A stretch of DNA of 64,000 nt. It comes from Selaginella moellendorffii (lineage: Eukaryota; Plantae; Lycopodiophyta). Below, piece after piece: positions 37,338 to 50,559 of the stretch (position 1 is the first letter of the stretch; every line of letters starts with the position of its first letter). Below the pieces are notes generated by a model. That model did no database searches, was not told the DNA's origin, and was given only the letters and a program-made list of their open reading frames with translations. The position numbers and the translations under genes are program-made. The stretch lies in NCBI RefSeq assembly GCF_000143415.4, contig NW_003314267.1:1890185-1954184 (forward strand), in the 5' to 3' direction.

Positions 37338-40300
37338 TTAGTTGATTGGCCCAACTCCCAAGGGATCAAAGGACAAGTCGTGGAAACCACTAAAGAGGAA
37401 ACAACAAAAACGCTCAGACCTCTTTGAAGCGGTCAAAGACTCCGACCCGGCGCCATCCTGTGAGCTGCCTGTCCTTGCCAATTTTGCTAGCTTCAAAGGT
37501 GGACAGAAGACTATTTCCTCTTGCCTGCACAAAAACAAAGTGAGAAATGTTTCAATCTCGTCAACACTAGACTGGCCTCCAAATGATGTCATGGTTGCTG
37601 ACGATTGATCAAAGTTAAAACTCGTGGTTGCTGCTGCGACAGTACTCTGCTATTCTGCATTAGCTTCAGTGCTGTTTGTTCTCTGAAAGAAGCTTAAAAA
37701 ACGCCACCTACAAGCTGCCAGAGGCCCTGCTCTGCAACACCGTAAAATCATTTATGTATACCAAAACAAACTCCTCACAAGTCTCTCAGCAGATACGGGA
37801 GACCGGACGGTCGAGGCAGGTTGATAGATAACACCCATGGCCATGTGCAGACGGGACTCCACCAGGCAACTTGCGATTTGGGACAAAAACGGTTCAGCTT
37901 CCAGCAAAGACTTGCAATTTAAACATTGTTAACTTACAGACAGGAAGGCACACTCCGGCTCCGTCTTGCAGACTAAGATAATCAAAAGATAGCCGAGCTG
38001 AATGTTTCCGTGATTGTCCTTCCTGCTGGTAAACATCCAGATATTTTAAACCTGTACGATTTGAACCAAAATGCTCCCACCTTGAGTGGCTGCACGTTGG
38101 ACATCTTTTCTGGGTACCATGGCAGTCTTTTGCGTAGTCTGAAAAGAAACGCATCTCAATCATGACTTAGAATTTACCTTGAGCTAGTCCATTTTCTGTG
38201 AACACTTTCGTTTTCGGAATAGTTTCGGGGGCAGTTCCCTCCTGATATTTCCGAACGAGAATTCTTATCTGTCATCTTAGAACTTGGAAGTAGGATTTGA
38301 TAGCTTGAATTCGAGGTTCGCAGATCTGAACAATATAGCACGATCACAAACGAAGAAGGTATAGAAAAAGGACAGTGATAGCTTTCCTATCTAGCGAAAA
38401 GTGCTGCACCTGGAGGCAAGGTTTTGTCTTTTCGATAATCATTTCGATATTATCGTAGAGCTGCAATTAGTAAAACATGGTGTTTTCGAATAATTTCCAC
38501 TTTCTACAGATTGTACCTTATAGAAAGGCATCACTGATATCGGGAAGCAACATTTGAATCTCTGTGTGATTTTGAAAAGGAAGTAATTCGACTGAAAACG
38601 ATGTTTAATTAAATGAGAAGTTAAGCTGCCCCAACCCATATTTCACGCATGAAATAAAGATAGAGCTTACCCCTTCATCTCGACGAAAAACAAAAACTGT
38701 GTAATCTAGATTGCAAATAGACAACAAAAATGAAATCTGAGAACTCAATCAGTTTCCAAAATTCTGTCAAAATCAACATAGTAAACTCAGGACTTCATAG
38801 CTTTGTCAATACCAAAATGCAGCTAAGAAAACCTGGAGCGGTGTAGTTTACAAGTTCGACAGCGCCACACCACCGAGTTCATCGATAACAATAATATCAG
38901 CAGGATCCTAGAAAGAGAAGTCCAAATTCCTGATGTGACTGAGCTGCAGAAACATCTCATGAGATCAGAAATAACAGCTGTATATAGCGAAGAGAATTAC
39001 CACAGGTTCTGCCCGAGTACTTATGCGAGAAAGTTTACTCGAAAACTCGTCTGCATATCTAGAACGGATTTCCTGCAAAACGTTTCAAAGTTTGCAAAGG
39101 AAAAAAATTGCGTTCTTAGCCAATCCAGTTAACTAGATTCTCATACCTTTTTCTTCAAGGCAAAATGCATTACAAGTGAGATTTGAAGCACCACTACGTG
39201 TTCATAAAACGGGACTTACGCTACCGATGTTCATCTTAAAGGTTGAAGACCACTTTAGAGAGCTTTTCGACCTGAATGCAAGAGGAAAACATTGATAGGT
39301 AAGATTTTTCTGTAGGCAATGGTGCACAGCTAACGAGCTGCTGACTCTGAAATCCGTGTTTGCACGATACTAGTTGCCAGCGAATGTTCAAATATTTCTT
39401 CGCGTAGAATGCATTTACCTGCAAGCATTCAGTCAGAAAACTATTATGATGGTGGTCGAATTCCACCGCTCGGTATGTATCTGACCGGGAAAACTCGCAG
39501 CTGGTGTAGCAGCAAAGTTAACACAAGCCTGGCCATGAAGTGACCTGAGATAAATAGTTCTGAGAGAAACAACAGCGAAACTTACAGGTATTTCTGGATC
39601 AGTCCGCACCTATCAGCCTTGTTGGAAAATGTCAATCAATCTGCTTCTCAGCGAATGCCTGAAAGTGAACTTCGAATAGACAGGAAAGAACGCGGGCAAT
39701 TACGGACAGGGACTCCCGACAGAAGAAAAAGAGCACGCATCGAGGCTGCAATCAGAGGCAGTGTTCATGCGTGCTCTCTTTCTTCTGTCTAGAGGCCTGC
39801 TCGTCTCAAAACGAAACTCCCCTCAAGAGGCATCCAAGGAAGCTCCAATTCCAAATCTGAGAGAGATGTGAGACGGATCATATGAGAACCGAAACCCTAC
39901 CAGTAAAATTTATTGAAGAGCTCATCATTGAAGCAGAAAATACGGTTCAGCTGGGACAGGTCTTCCGCATCGCTCCAAGCAACACTGACCAAAGACTGGT
40001 CGATTGCTCTCGGAGAAAAGACGAAAATATTCCGTACCCTGCGTAATAAAAACTCATTGTCAATATTTTATGAAGTTGCTTTACCATGATTAATCCGTCT
40101 TCCCTCACGCGATCAAGAGCTTCTGCGAAAACAATTAGAGCTTCTGACTGAACTGCTCAAGAACCTCTTGATGTGAATACAATGAAGCGATCACCAAACT
40201 CATTGAATTTTTCTTCTGTAGATCTATGCCTGCTTCAAGAAACAGTTAGAAACACAAGCTATTGCAAAATAGTTCTGAAATGTAGATTGAGCTGCACAGA

Positions 40301-42131
40301 ATATCAACACCGGATTTCACGTTCGTATCTCCTCAGAAAATCTGTCCATATCGTCGGTGATCGCATAAAGTATAGCATACTTGTCCCTGCAGATCACGAA
40401 ATATATAAAACGTGTGTACTGGGATCGCCCGCTTTTCGTCATGGCTATTAAACCGCACTCACAGGCCATAGTCTCAACCTGTGATCATCTGTCAAGAGCT
40501 GTAGTCCAAGTGCCTTGCACGGCCAATGCTGCGCTGACAATTATACCCCTTTGAAACTGTTGCTGGTTGACTGCTGTGTTATGTTGCTCCGAATGCATGT
40601 GTGAGGTTTTGACATCCACGCAGCAACTGCCAGAAATTGTTAGAAAACGATACACTTCACTACATAAATATCCATATAACCCTCACTGGTGTCATTCCCT
40701 GTTATCGGTACTACTATAGCCGAAAATGGAGAGTAGACTCAGATGGATCGGAAAAGAAAACGCTGCAAAGAAATACAACAAGAAGAAATGTCGCCAGATG
40801 AAGATTGCGAATCTGCCAATCTACTGAACTCCTACGTGTTGAATCCTTATGTAAGCTTATTTTGCGCTCCACTGGTAACGATAAAACCGATGCTAAGAAC
40901 GCAGTATTCTCCATCAACGGACATATTTACCACAACCTGCATTCAATGGAGGTTAACCTATTAGAGGCAATCAAGTTTGACTTACCCATGGCAATGCTGA
41001 GGACGTAAGAAAGCACGCATATACATACAGTGCGTCTTCAAGAGAAACTTTAGATCTTGATGCGACTGCAAGCCACATGAACGGCAACGAAAAGCCCCGC
41101 ATTCTCATATTCAAATATTAGCCCGGCAAACCACACCCGAACTCAGACCAGAAAATGCGTGAAATGATCACGTTGCTGACCTTTTGTCATAGATCGATCT
41201 GCTCGCCATTTGTAGCTCAGGTTTGGTGGCAATCAACACCTTTAGCGCTTTTATCCCTGTCCCTTCACAGTTATTCAAGCCAGAGGCAACATCAAGAGCA
41301 TACACATTTGTTAAAGTCTTACACAGGCCTCGTTCTTGTTTGCCGATTAATGGAAAATGAGTATAGGAACAAACACTCACGAAAAGTCCTCGCCAAACAA
41401 AACGAAACTCACCGATTCAACCGCCAGATCGCACGCGACACCGCCCATGTCCCGTGCTTTGAAGCATTTCCTTTGCCACATATTTCACGTACTTGATCCA
41501 AACTGACGAGCAAGCGCCTGCAAGAGAGGAAAAAGAAAAGCCTTCAGTGCAACAGTCATAGGATACCTTCCATGCATTCCTCGTGTGTCTTGAAACAGCG
41601 CCTAATGAGAGCGAGGCCTCAGAAGTTGCGATATGACAGAAGAAGAAGAGCACGCATGAGTGACACACTAGAACCAAGAGCGTGCAGCCAAATGTGCTCT
41701 CTTTCTTCTGTCAAATCAGTCTCCTCTAACTGCAAGCAGCTCGATTCTCAGCTTCACAAAATCTCGCCAGGAAATCTCTCGTCTTGCTCTTCCACACATC
41801 ACGCAAAGAAATCCATCACCAACACCAACACCACACCGCAAGCAGACGCAAGATCCACAAGAAAGAGACCAAGAAATCAGCAGACAGCCGCTGATCCACA
41901 AGAATTCGAGCGCAAACGCTAGGAATCAATGCGCGCGACCTGCATTCCACCACAAAATTTCGGTGGCGCAGCAGCGGCGCTGACGATCCCAGCAGCAATA
42001 GCGGCGCCATACCGGCCAGCGGCGCTCGGATCTTGCGACTTTGATCGGGGACGATGTGAGAGATGCTCGCGTCGGCGCCCTTCTTTAGCGCAGTTCTTCC
42101 CGTCGATAAAGCCTTTCTCCACTTGCATCAC
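37338..42131 (-). CDS. Putative multi-exon gene or pseudogene, product not identified
   Basis: Non-repetitive, gene-like composition with many minus-strand GT/AG-bounded short open segments (e.g. PRAIDQSLVSVAWSDAEDLSQLNRIFCFNDELFNKFY). Exon structure and limits not resolved. Confidence 0.3.
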
Positions 42132-42406
42132 AGAAACCCTAGTTTAAACCCCCGTGTCACACTAACAACCATACATCCCGTTGCGATTTAAGTATATTCT
42201 GTCCGGCGTAATTTGGAGGACTGTCCTTCAAGTGTACATTTTTTCCTTCGCGAAATCCCCGCTTGTACTTGAGGTGTGCTTTCCGCCGTGGAATGGCCAA
42301 ACGAATTCCAGCCCTTGGATGCGAGGCATCCAAGGGCGCAATATATGCTAGATCTGAGTCGTACACGTACACACGGTGGGAGAGTTTGAATTTGAATTAA
42401 AACACA

Positions 42407-44878
42407 ATGTTTTTAGGGCTGTTGCCCATGCTGGGGCATGGCGGATTGGAGCTCGGGAATCCGGCTCCTGGCTCCCGGTACAGGACCCGCGGAGAGATCG
42501 CCGTGACGATCGGCGCTCTCAAGGTATGCTCGGGGGATTTAGAACGGGGTAAGATGCTTCATCTCGATGCGATCGAGAGTGGGATTCACACGCACCCTCA
42601 CGTCGCGGCGGCGCTGGTGAGCATGTATGCGAGGTGTGGGAGCTTGGCGGAGGCGCACAGGGTTTTCGAAGAGATGCCTCGGCGTAATGTGGTCTCTTGG
42701 AACGCATTGATTCAGGGGTATGCCGAGAATGGACAGGAGAATTTGGCTATGAAATCGTTCGTGGTAATGCAGGACAGGGAAGGACTTTGTCCGAATTCTC
42801 AGACTTTTGTGGCGGTTCTCAAGGCTTGCACCAACATGGCAACTAAAGGAGAGAGGGCAGGCGATGGGGTCTCGGTGAAAGAACAGACTTTAGAGAAGGG
42901 AATGGCGCTTCACTCTCACGCAACAGTCAGTGGATTCGAGTTGAATGAGTTTGTGGCGAACAGTCTCGTGGAGATGTATGCGAAGTCTGGAAGCATGGAG
43001 GATGCGAGCCGAGTTTTCTTCAGGATGAAATCACGGAGCGTCGTTTCGTGGACTGCTATGATACTTGGTTTCGCAGAAAATGGTGAAGAAGAACTTGCTC
43101 TGGAGCTGTTCGACCTCATGCTAGAGACTCAAAGTTGCCGGCCAGATGCGCTTACATTTGTTGCTGCTATCAAGAGCTGCGCGCGCTTAGCTATCAAGGA
43201 AGAAGGGAGGCTGATCGGGAAGAGCCTTGTCAAAGTCACAAGTCTGGAGAAAGGCAAGATCGTCCACACTAGAGCTAGAAACAGCGGCTGCCAGTCGAGC
43301 ATTGTTTTGGAGAGCGCACTTGTGGACATGTACTCGAAGTGTGGCAGCATGGTGGACGCACGAAGGGTTTTTGACAGTGTGAAGTGTCACAATGTTGTGT
43401 CCTGGAACTCACTGATACAGGGATATGTCGAAAACGGGGAAGAAGATTTGGCTCTTGAGTCACTCTTTCGGATGCAAGCGGAAAAGAACTGTCAGCCAGA
43501 TGCTCGCACGTTTGTCGCAGCTTTTAAAGCATGCGGTGGCTTGGCGGCAAAAGAGAATGGCAAGAAGCTGGACGATCTTCCAAAGCTGGTGAAGGTTGAG
43601 TCTCTAGAGAAAGGCATGGCCTTGCACGCTCGGCTGGCAAAGAGCACTTGCGGCCCGGACGTGTTCCTGACGAATACCTTGGTAGACATGTACGCTCGGT
43701 GCAGAAGCATGCAAGACTCTCAGAAGGCATTCGATCAAAGTTCCCATCATACTACAGTCTCGTGGAATGCCTTGATTCTTGGATACGCAGAAAACGGGGA
43801 AGGCGAAGCTGCTCTCGAGTTTTTTCAACAAATGTTAGCAGCGGGGGAGTGTCCACCGGATTGTCTCACGTACATTGCCGCGCTCAAAGCTTGCAACACA
43901 GTAGCAGCGACGGAGAAACAACTTGTAAATGGTAAGCCACGTAACTGGAGATCACTTGAGACTAAATATGCTATCCACTCGCAGGCCTGTGCTCACCCTG
44001 ATGTGTTTGTTGCCAACACACTTGTGGATGCTTATGCAAGCTCTGGCAACATGTTCGATGCTTGCAGAGTATTCGAGAGTATGAACTTTCGTACTCTTGT
44101 TTCCTGGAACACTCTGATGCACGCATATGTCGACTGTGGGCAGGCAGAAGAAACTCTGGAGCTGTTTCCTTGGATGAAGAAGGACGGATATAAGCCAGAT
44201 TGTCGAACTTTTGCTGCTTTACTCAAGGCCTGTGGACTCTTGGTGACTTTGAGTATTGGGAAGGCAGTCTACGGAGATATATGCCGAAGTGGTTTCGAGG
44301 ACGACATGGTTTTACTCACGGCATCGGTGGACACGTTTGGGAAATGTGGGAGCATGGCCGAGGCACAACATATCTGCGATTCTAGCACAAGTTCTGAAGC
44401 TGTGGCCGCACTAGTAGTCGGATACAGTCGACAAGGAGACGTTGGACGTGTTTTGGGCCTGTATCATCAGATGAGGGACGAAGGTGTGAAGATCACCAGC
44501 AATTGCTTCGTGTCAGTTCTCGCCGCATGCAGCCACGGTGGCCTCGTTGAAACCGGCAAGAAGATTTTCCGGACAATGACCTCCCAAGAGTTTGGAATTG
44601 TCCCGGGAATGGAGCACTACGTCTGCATGGTGGATGTCCTCGGCCGCGCTAATCAACTCGACGAGGCAGTCGAAATGGTGAAGAGGATGCCTTTCGACGC
44701 AAACGCCATGATCTGGATGACAGTTCTTGCTGCATGCTGCAAGTGGAACAATTTGGAAACTGGAAGGCTGGCCTTCGACAGATTGGTCAGTTTAGATGCA
44801 AGCAACGGAGCAGCTTACACCTTGATGGCCAACCTCTGCAAGAACAGTGATCACCAGGAGCTTTCGAATCACCAGTAG
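42407..44878 (+). CDS. PLS-class PPR protein with E domain, 823 aa (organellar RNA-editing factor)
   Basis: Repeated P-L-S triplets ([36 protein letters not shown]) ending [29 protein letters not shown]. Confidence 0.95.
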   Translation: MFLGLLPMLGHGGLELGNPAPGSRYRTRGEIAVTIGALKVCSGDLERGKMLHLDAIESGIHTHPHVAAALVSMYARCGSLAEAHRVFEEMPRRNVVSWNALIQGYAENGQENLAMKSFVVMQDREGLCPNSQTFVAVLKACTNMATKGERAGDGVSVKEQTLEKGMALHSHATVSGFELNEFVANSLVEMYAKSGSMEDASRVFFRMKSRSVVSWTAMILGFAENGEEELALELFDLMLETQSCRPDALTFVAAIKSCARLAIKEEGRLIGKSLVKVTSLEKGKIVHTRARNSGCQSSIVLESALVDMYSKCGSMVDARRVFDSVKCHNVVSWNSLIQGYVENGEEDLALESLFRMQAEKNCQPDARTFVAAFKACGGLAAKENGKKLDDLPKLVKVESLEKGMALHARLAKSTCGPDVFLTNTLVDMYARCRSMQDSQKAFDQSSHHTTVSWNALILGYAENGEGEAALEFFQQMLAAGECPPDCLTYIAALKACNTVAATEKQLVNGKPRNWRSLETKYAIHSQACAHPDVFVANTLVDAYASSGNMFDACRVFESMNFRTLVSWNTLMHAYVDCGQAEETLELFPWMKKDGYKPDCRTFAALLKACGLLVTLSIGKAVYGDICRSGFEDDMVLLTASVDTFGKCGSMAEAQHICDSSTSSEAVAALVVGYSRQGDVGRVLGLYHQMRDEGVKITSNCFVSVLAACSHGGLVETGKKIFRTMTSQEFGIVPGMEHYVCMVDVLGRANQLDEAVEMVKRMPFDANAMIWMTVLAACCKWNNLETGRLAFDRLVSLDASNGAAYTLMANLCKNSDHQELSNHQ

Positions 44879-45192
44879 TCACCGCAAGAACAGGTACCGT
44901 TCTCAAAGTTATGGAACCTGTATCCATCACGAACTATGATTTCTCGCTGCAGCAACTTGGACAGAATCTTGGTAGCTGGAAGGCTGGCCTTCGACAGATT
45001 GGTCAGTTTAGATGCAAGCAACAGAGCAGCTTACTCCTTGATGGCCAACCTCTGCAAGAACAGTGATCACCAGGAGCTTTCGAATCACCAGTAGTCACCG
45101 CAAGAACAGGTACCGTTCTCAAAGTTATGGAACCTGTATCCATCACGAACTATGATTTCTCGTTGCAGCAACTTGGACAGAAACTTGGTAGC
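44761..45192. repeat. 216-bp direct tandem duplication spanning both PPR stop codons
   Basis: 44761-44976 versus 44977-45192, with four substitutions seen. Confidence 0.9.
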
Positions 45193-48006
45193 AGTGTGAC
45201 AATCCGAGCAGACACGCAAGTTCTTCATTATCCTAATCGGCGTCCCCGGCTCACAGGCGATGCTTGCAAACGCTATGGCGAGCTTCTCGCTATGGTAACT
45301 CAGCAACACCTCCTTCTCCTCGTCCAGGATGCTGTGAAGAACAGCCTTGGTGTCCGGCTGGTAGCCGGCCTTCTTCATCAACTCCTGGAGTCTGCTAAGC
45401 TCGGACAGAATCTCCTGGTGCCGGGGATGCGAAGCCTCTCCAGCAACGAACCTGTGAAGAACGCCGTCGACTCTGATCAAGCTCACTCCCGGCTGCTTCT
45501 TCACACCCCGAGCTTTCATCCGGTTCCTCACAGCAAGCGCATCGGCCACTCGACCAACGGAAGAGTACATGTTGGCCAGAAGAACGTAAGGCCCGGAGCT
45601 CTGATCATCAAACTGGAGCAAACTCTCGGCGGCCCGGGTTCCCAGCTTCACGTCACTGTGAGTTTTGCAAGAACCAAGCAGTGATCCCCAGGCTCCAACG
45701 TCGGGGATAAACGGCATGGTCTCCAGGAGCTCTCTGGCCGCTCCGAGCTGCCCCGCGCGTCCCAAAACATCCACCATTCGGCAATAGTGCTCTCGCCAAG
45801 GGATCAAACCATGGTCTCCTTGCATGGAAGTGAAATGCGTCCATCCTTCCTCGACCAGGCCAACATGACTACACGCTATCAAAATTCCCATGAAGGTGAT
45901 ATGGTCGGGCTTGGCTCCTTCGTTCCTCATCACGTACAAGTACCGTACCGCGGCCATTCCGTGGCCACAGCTGGCCATACCAGCAATGAGGGAGTTCCAG
46001 GACACGACGTTTCGGTACGGCATTTTGGCGAATAGCTCTTGGGCCTCCGCGAGGCGTCCGTGCTGGGCCACCATGGCCACCATGGCCGTCCACGTGACGG
46101 TATCTTTCTCGTCCATGGAGTAGAATATGCGCCTTGCCTCCGCGAGGTCCATGTTGTGGGCATATGCCACGATCATCACGTTGTGTGAGACGACGTTCTT
46201 GTGTGGGATCGAATCAAAAATGGACTTCGCCTCGTCAAGATTCCCGGCTTGGGCATATGCCGCGACCATGGTGTTCCACGAGACCAGAGTCTTTTGCTTG
46301 ATGCTATCAAACATCGCCTTTGCGTGATCGAGCATTTGGGCGCTCGAGTAAGCCTCCATCATCGCATTGCAAGCTATCACGTCGGGGTTCTTGATTGAAT
46401 CAAACATCTCTCGCGCATCTTTGATATACCCGTTTTGGGCATACGCAACGATCATGGATGTCCGAGTGCTTTGATCTGGATCGGGCAAGGTATCGAGCAT
46501 CTTTCTCGCTTGGACGACCTCCCCGTTCTGGCTGTAAGCGATGATCATAGCCGTGTGTGACACGCGGTTTCTCTCGGGCATGAGAGCGTAGACTCGCTTG
46601 GACTCCGTCAGCTTCCCGTTGACTCCGTACGCCTGGATCAGGGCCGTCCATGCCACGAGATCGCGCTCCGGGATGAGGTCGTACAGCACCTCCGCCTCCT
46701 CGAGCTGCCCGTTCTGGCCGCTGACCGCAATGAGAGCCGTCCACGCCACGACGTCGTGACGTGGCATTCTCTCGAACGTGGATCTTGCCAGGTGGAGGTG
46801 CCCGGCCTGGGCGTATGCCGAGAGCAGCGCGTTCCACGACACCTCCTCGCGGCGTGGCATCTCGTCGAATATCCTCCTTGCCTGGCCGGGCTGAAGGCTT
46901 TGGGAATATGCCGCGATCATGGAGTTGAACGCCACCACCCCGCGCTGGGGCATTTTCGAAAGCGCCAGCTCAGCTTCCCGCGCGCCGCACTTTTGGGCGT
47001 ACGCTCCAATCAGCGCGTTCCACGACACGTCGTCTCGCCGTGCAGCCCTGTCGAATATCCTCCGCGCCTCTTCCACAAGGCCATGGCGCGAGTAGGCCGA
47101 GAGCATGCTCGTCCATAGCGTGGGATCTTGCTGGGGCATTCTTCGCGAAAGATTCTCGGCCTCGCCAATCTTCCCCTGGTCGATGTAGATCTGGATCATG
47201 AAGCTGTAGCTCACGGCATTGCGATCGGGCATGGCGGCGAAGATCTCCACGGCGTGGCCGAGGATCTCCTGGACGGCACAGGCCTTGATCATCAGCGTAC
47301 ACGACACGATGTCCTGCTGCGGCGTTCGATCGAAGACCTCCTTGGCGGAATCAAGGTCGCCCGACTGGGCATAGGCGGTGAGCATTGCATTCCAGGAGAT
47401 TTTGTCCCTCCCTGGCGCGCGATCGAACACGCCCTTGGCCTCTGGGATCATCCTGTTGTCGGAGTATCCAGTGATAAGCGCGTTCCAGGAGATTACGTTG
47501 TGCTCGGGCGTGCGATCGAACATCGCGGTGGCGCTGGCAAGATCCCCGCTCTGGGCGTAGCCCGTGATCATGGAATTCCACGACGAGGAGCTCCAACGCG
47601 GCATCCTGGCGAAGATCTCGTCCGCATTGGACATGAATCCATGCTGCGAGAAGCCGGCGATGAGGCTGTTCCAGGAAACCACATTGTGGGAAGGGATTTG
47701 GTCGAAGATTGCCTTGGCGCTGCCAAGATCGCCATTCTCGGAGTAAGCTTGCATGAGGATACAGCGTGAGAACACATTGGGCTCGGGCAATTCATTGAAC
47801 ACCGCCTGTGCATCATCGATCCGGCTACATTTGCCATACATTTGAATGATCAGATTTTGGAGGAAGAGATTGCCCCGGTGCTCCCCATCCGCGATCTGGT
47901 TGTGGATCTTTCTACCCTGTGCGAGATCCTTAGCGATGCCACACGATCGTATTGCTGTGGCTAGTGCGTTCTGCAGCTCCCTGACCTGTGTTTTCAGCAA
48001 GGACAT
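45085..48006 (-). CDS. PPR-E-DYW protein (long SS-motif array, intact cytidine deaminase)
   Basis: Tandem 31-aa repeats, PG box KKQPGVS, HSEKLA, CSDCH and terminal CSCGDYW; first ATG at 48006. Confidence 0.96.
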   Translation of the reverse strand: MSLLKTQVRELQNALATAIRSCGIAKDLAQGRKIHNQIADGEHRGNLFLQNLIIQMYGKCSRIDDAQAVFNELPEPNVFSRCILMQAYSENGDLGSAKAIFDQIPSHNVVSWNSLIAGFSQHGFMSNADEIFARMPRWSSSSWNSMITGYAQSGDLASATAMFDRTPEHNVISWNALITGYSDNRMIPEAKGVFDRAPGRDKISWNAMLTAYAQSGDLDSAKEVFDRTPQQDIVSCTLMIKACAVQEILGHAVEIFAAMPDRNAVSYSFMIQIYIDQGKIGEAENLSRRMPQQDPTLWTSMLSAYSRHGLVEEARRIFDRAARRDDVSWNALIGAYAQKCGAREAELALSKMPQRGVVAFNSMIAAYSQSLQPGQARRIFDEMPRREEVSWNALLSAYAQAGHLHLARSTFERMPRHDVVAWTALIAVSGQNGQLEEAEVLYDLIPERDLVAWTALIQAYGVNGKLTESKRVYALMPERNRVSHTAMIIAYSQNGEVVQARKMLDTLPDPDQSTRTSMIVAYAQNGYIKDAREMFDSIKNPDVIACNAMMEAYSSAQMLDHAKAMFDSIKQKTLVSWNTMVAAYAQAGNLDEAKSIFDSIPHKNVVSHNVMIVAYAHNMDLAEARRIFYSMDEKDTVTWTAMVAMVAQHGRLAEAQELFAKMPYRNVVSWNSLIAGMASCGHGMAAVRYLYVMRNEGAKPDHITFMGILIACSHVGLVEEGWTHFTSMQGDHGLIPWREHYCRMVDVLGRAGQLGAARELLETMPFIPDVGAWGSLLGSCKTHSDVKLGTRAAESLLQFDDQSSGPYVLLANMYSSVGRVADALAVRNRMKARGVKKQPGVSLIRVDGVLHRFVAGEASHPRHQEILSELSRLQELMKKAGYQPDTKAVLHSILDEEKEVLLSYHSEKLAIAFASIACEPGTPIRIMKNLRVCSDCHTATKFLSKLLQREIIVRDGYRFHNFENGTCSCGDYW

Positions 48007-49891
48007 AGATTTCAAAAGCTAAACCCGGTTGATCCATATTATGGATAAAGAAAAGGTGGTAATATAAACTAAATATATTTCCTTACTGAAATTTTAAGAA
48101 ATAGTAAATAACTTTTTTCTCTCTAACTTCAATTAATAATATCATATTTATCTAAGTAAAAGATAAAATATTTTATGGGTTACTAGTAATGCCTGACAAA
48201 TACTGGCTGGTGATGCAAAACCTCCATAAATAAGTTTTAACTAACCTTGGAATTTAGATTTTAATTAATAATAAAATATTAAAAATATGGAAACAAAAGA
48301 ATTGGAGCTAGCATGGGATAATTTTAATAATGTAGTGAATTTTATTACTTTTTATTTACTCAAGTTACTTGTTGTCACATGCACTTATGCTTAGAGGCTT
48401 ACCATTCCTAATCTAGATCTTCATGCTAAAAGTGTCAATTCTAACATTTCATCAACTTGATATGCATGAGATTAAAAGCAAAAGTTATTATAATTCCATC
48501 TCCAAGAAAAAGAGAAAAATTTGCATTGATCCTTTAATTTGGTTCATTTCAAACAACAACACTCCATCACCTTATCATCTATAGCGCAGGCTACCAAGTT
48601 AACTACCCGCTACAACTTCTCTTTCTCAATATGTTATTGATATGTTTGGTGGTCTATTCCGTGGTTATGTGTACAACACTTCAAAGTGAGAATAAAAAGC
48701 CCAAGGTATAAAGGTTTCATATGTCTAGAAAATAATTTCCTTTTGGTCTTGACATCTCCAAAATGCTAAGATCAAACATTTGATTGTTTGTGCAGCTACT
48801 TACCCAACAACAATACTCCATCACCTCTATCATCTATGGCATAAGCTACCAAGTTGGCTACCTCTCTCTCTCTCTCCTTAGAAGGAGAGAGAGGGGGGGT
48901 GGCAGCCATACATGAATACTGATATTAAGGAAGGTGGTAACATTAGTTCTCCACAAGCTATTGCAAAAAGTGTAGAGTGTAATGATTGAGCTCTAGATAA
49001 CAATTGTATGTTGGTAATTCTATCAAGTGAAGAGTGGCCATTGGCTTAAAAAATGTTACTTGTAATTAAACACCACATATTATCTTATGATATATCATTG
49101 ATGTGACACTTTGCTATGTGAAAAAAACATTATGAAATATCAACCAAAAAATGTTATTTACATAGTGGCAATGTTGAATCAAAAGTTGAAGTAATCCACA
49201 TGTCATTTGGTTGCTGTAAGAATGTTGTAAAAAGCATGTTAAGAGAAAATTATATACTTGTAAGTAGATGTAATTGCAATGTAGATATTGCATGTTTGTG
49301 TGAACTGGAAGAGTGTTAGTATGATATAGACATTAGCCAACTCTTTTACAAGAGTATTAGATCATGATATATTAGTTCAAATAAATAAATAAAAGAAAAT
49401 AAACATACCACTAATATCAAGTATGTTATTGGAATTTTATCAATTGTAATGCAAATTAAATTGTCATTTGAAAGTAAAAGTGTAATACACCACTAATGTT
49501 AGGAGTGCCAAGTTCACATTAACTGTAGGGCAAACTTGATTAATCAAAGAAGAAAACAATGTATGAACCATTAAATTATGTAAACCAAGAATATTGTGGT
49601 ACTTGGTGATAGTAGGTTTTGTTACAACATAGTTCATAATTATTTTATTTTTATTCCTTGCTATAGCATGCTTATAATGTTATAGATAAATTTTGATTAT
49701 TATAAGTTTAAGAATTGGCTATATATATCCTCAAGGAGTTTGATTTTAACACTAATAAACTAGATGAGCACAAATTTTGTGGATAGAACAATAGAGTTGA
49801 ATCACTCTTGTACTACAAGAACATTAGAGGATTAAACTACCACTCATTTACCTAGAGAATTGAATTTGTTTTAAAAAAATCTATAGTGATA

Positions 49892-50065
49892 TATAAGTAA
49901 TCAAAGAGAACAATTCAATAGATGATCCATAAAGGTTCAAATATAAAGAGAAAGGGCACCCTCTTTTTCAATTAGTTAAAGATTTTGGGATATTTAGGAT
50001 TAATCATTTTTGGGCTTTAATAGTATTAGGTTGGATAACCTCACTGAAAGTCCAAATCCACCAGG
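49892..50065 (+). mobile_element. Cassandra-like LTR copy
   Basis: Same unit with 5S-like tagtattaggttggataacctcactgaaagtcc. Confidence 0.55.
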
Positions 50066-50559
50066 GTATTAGAAAGGTCTCAAGTCTGACTTTGTTGGAA
50101 TCACACTACATGTTGAGATTCTTTTGTTCACGAGGGATTATTAACTAACAATCTCTACTGAGCCAAGGGGAGTTATCATCTTTATTTTCAAACTAAATTT
50201 ACCAAATCTTCAATCTTTCCATTGTATAGATCAATTATTTCATATGAGGCAACTAATCATCCACCTATACCCAATAGATGCCCAATATGTATGATTTCAA
50301 TTTTATGGGTAGGAATATACCTTGCTCAAGGTATATTATATTTTAAGTAGTCACTAATCAATGGGAATCAAACTCGTGCCATTTTCTCCGATACCATATG
50401 TAATACACCTTATCTCTCTTCCCTTAAACCAACTGGAAAAGGGGCAATTGTTTGATGAAAGAGCCCTTAATGGCTATTTTATCCTCATTTATCCCTTAAT
50501 GTTCTAAAGATCCACAGTGACAGTATATTCAAATTTTATCTTATGATCACATGCGCTAT

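Noticed and set aside
45127-47769. Numerous antisense and alternate-frame ORFs over the PPR gene (similarly over the beta-helix and maturase genes)
   Set aside because: Shadow ORFs of GC-rich coding sequence with no motifs.
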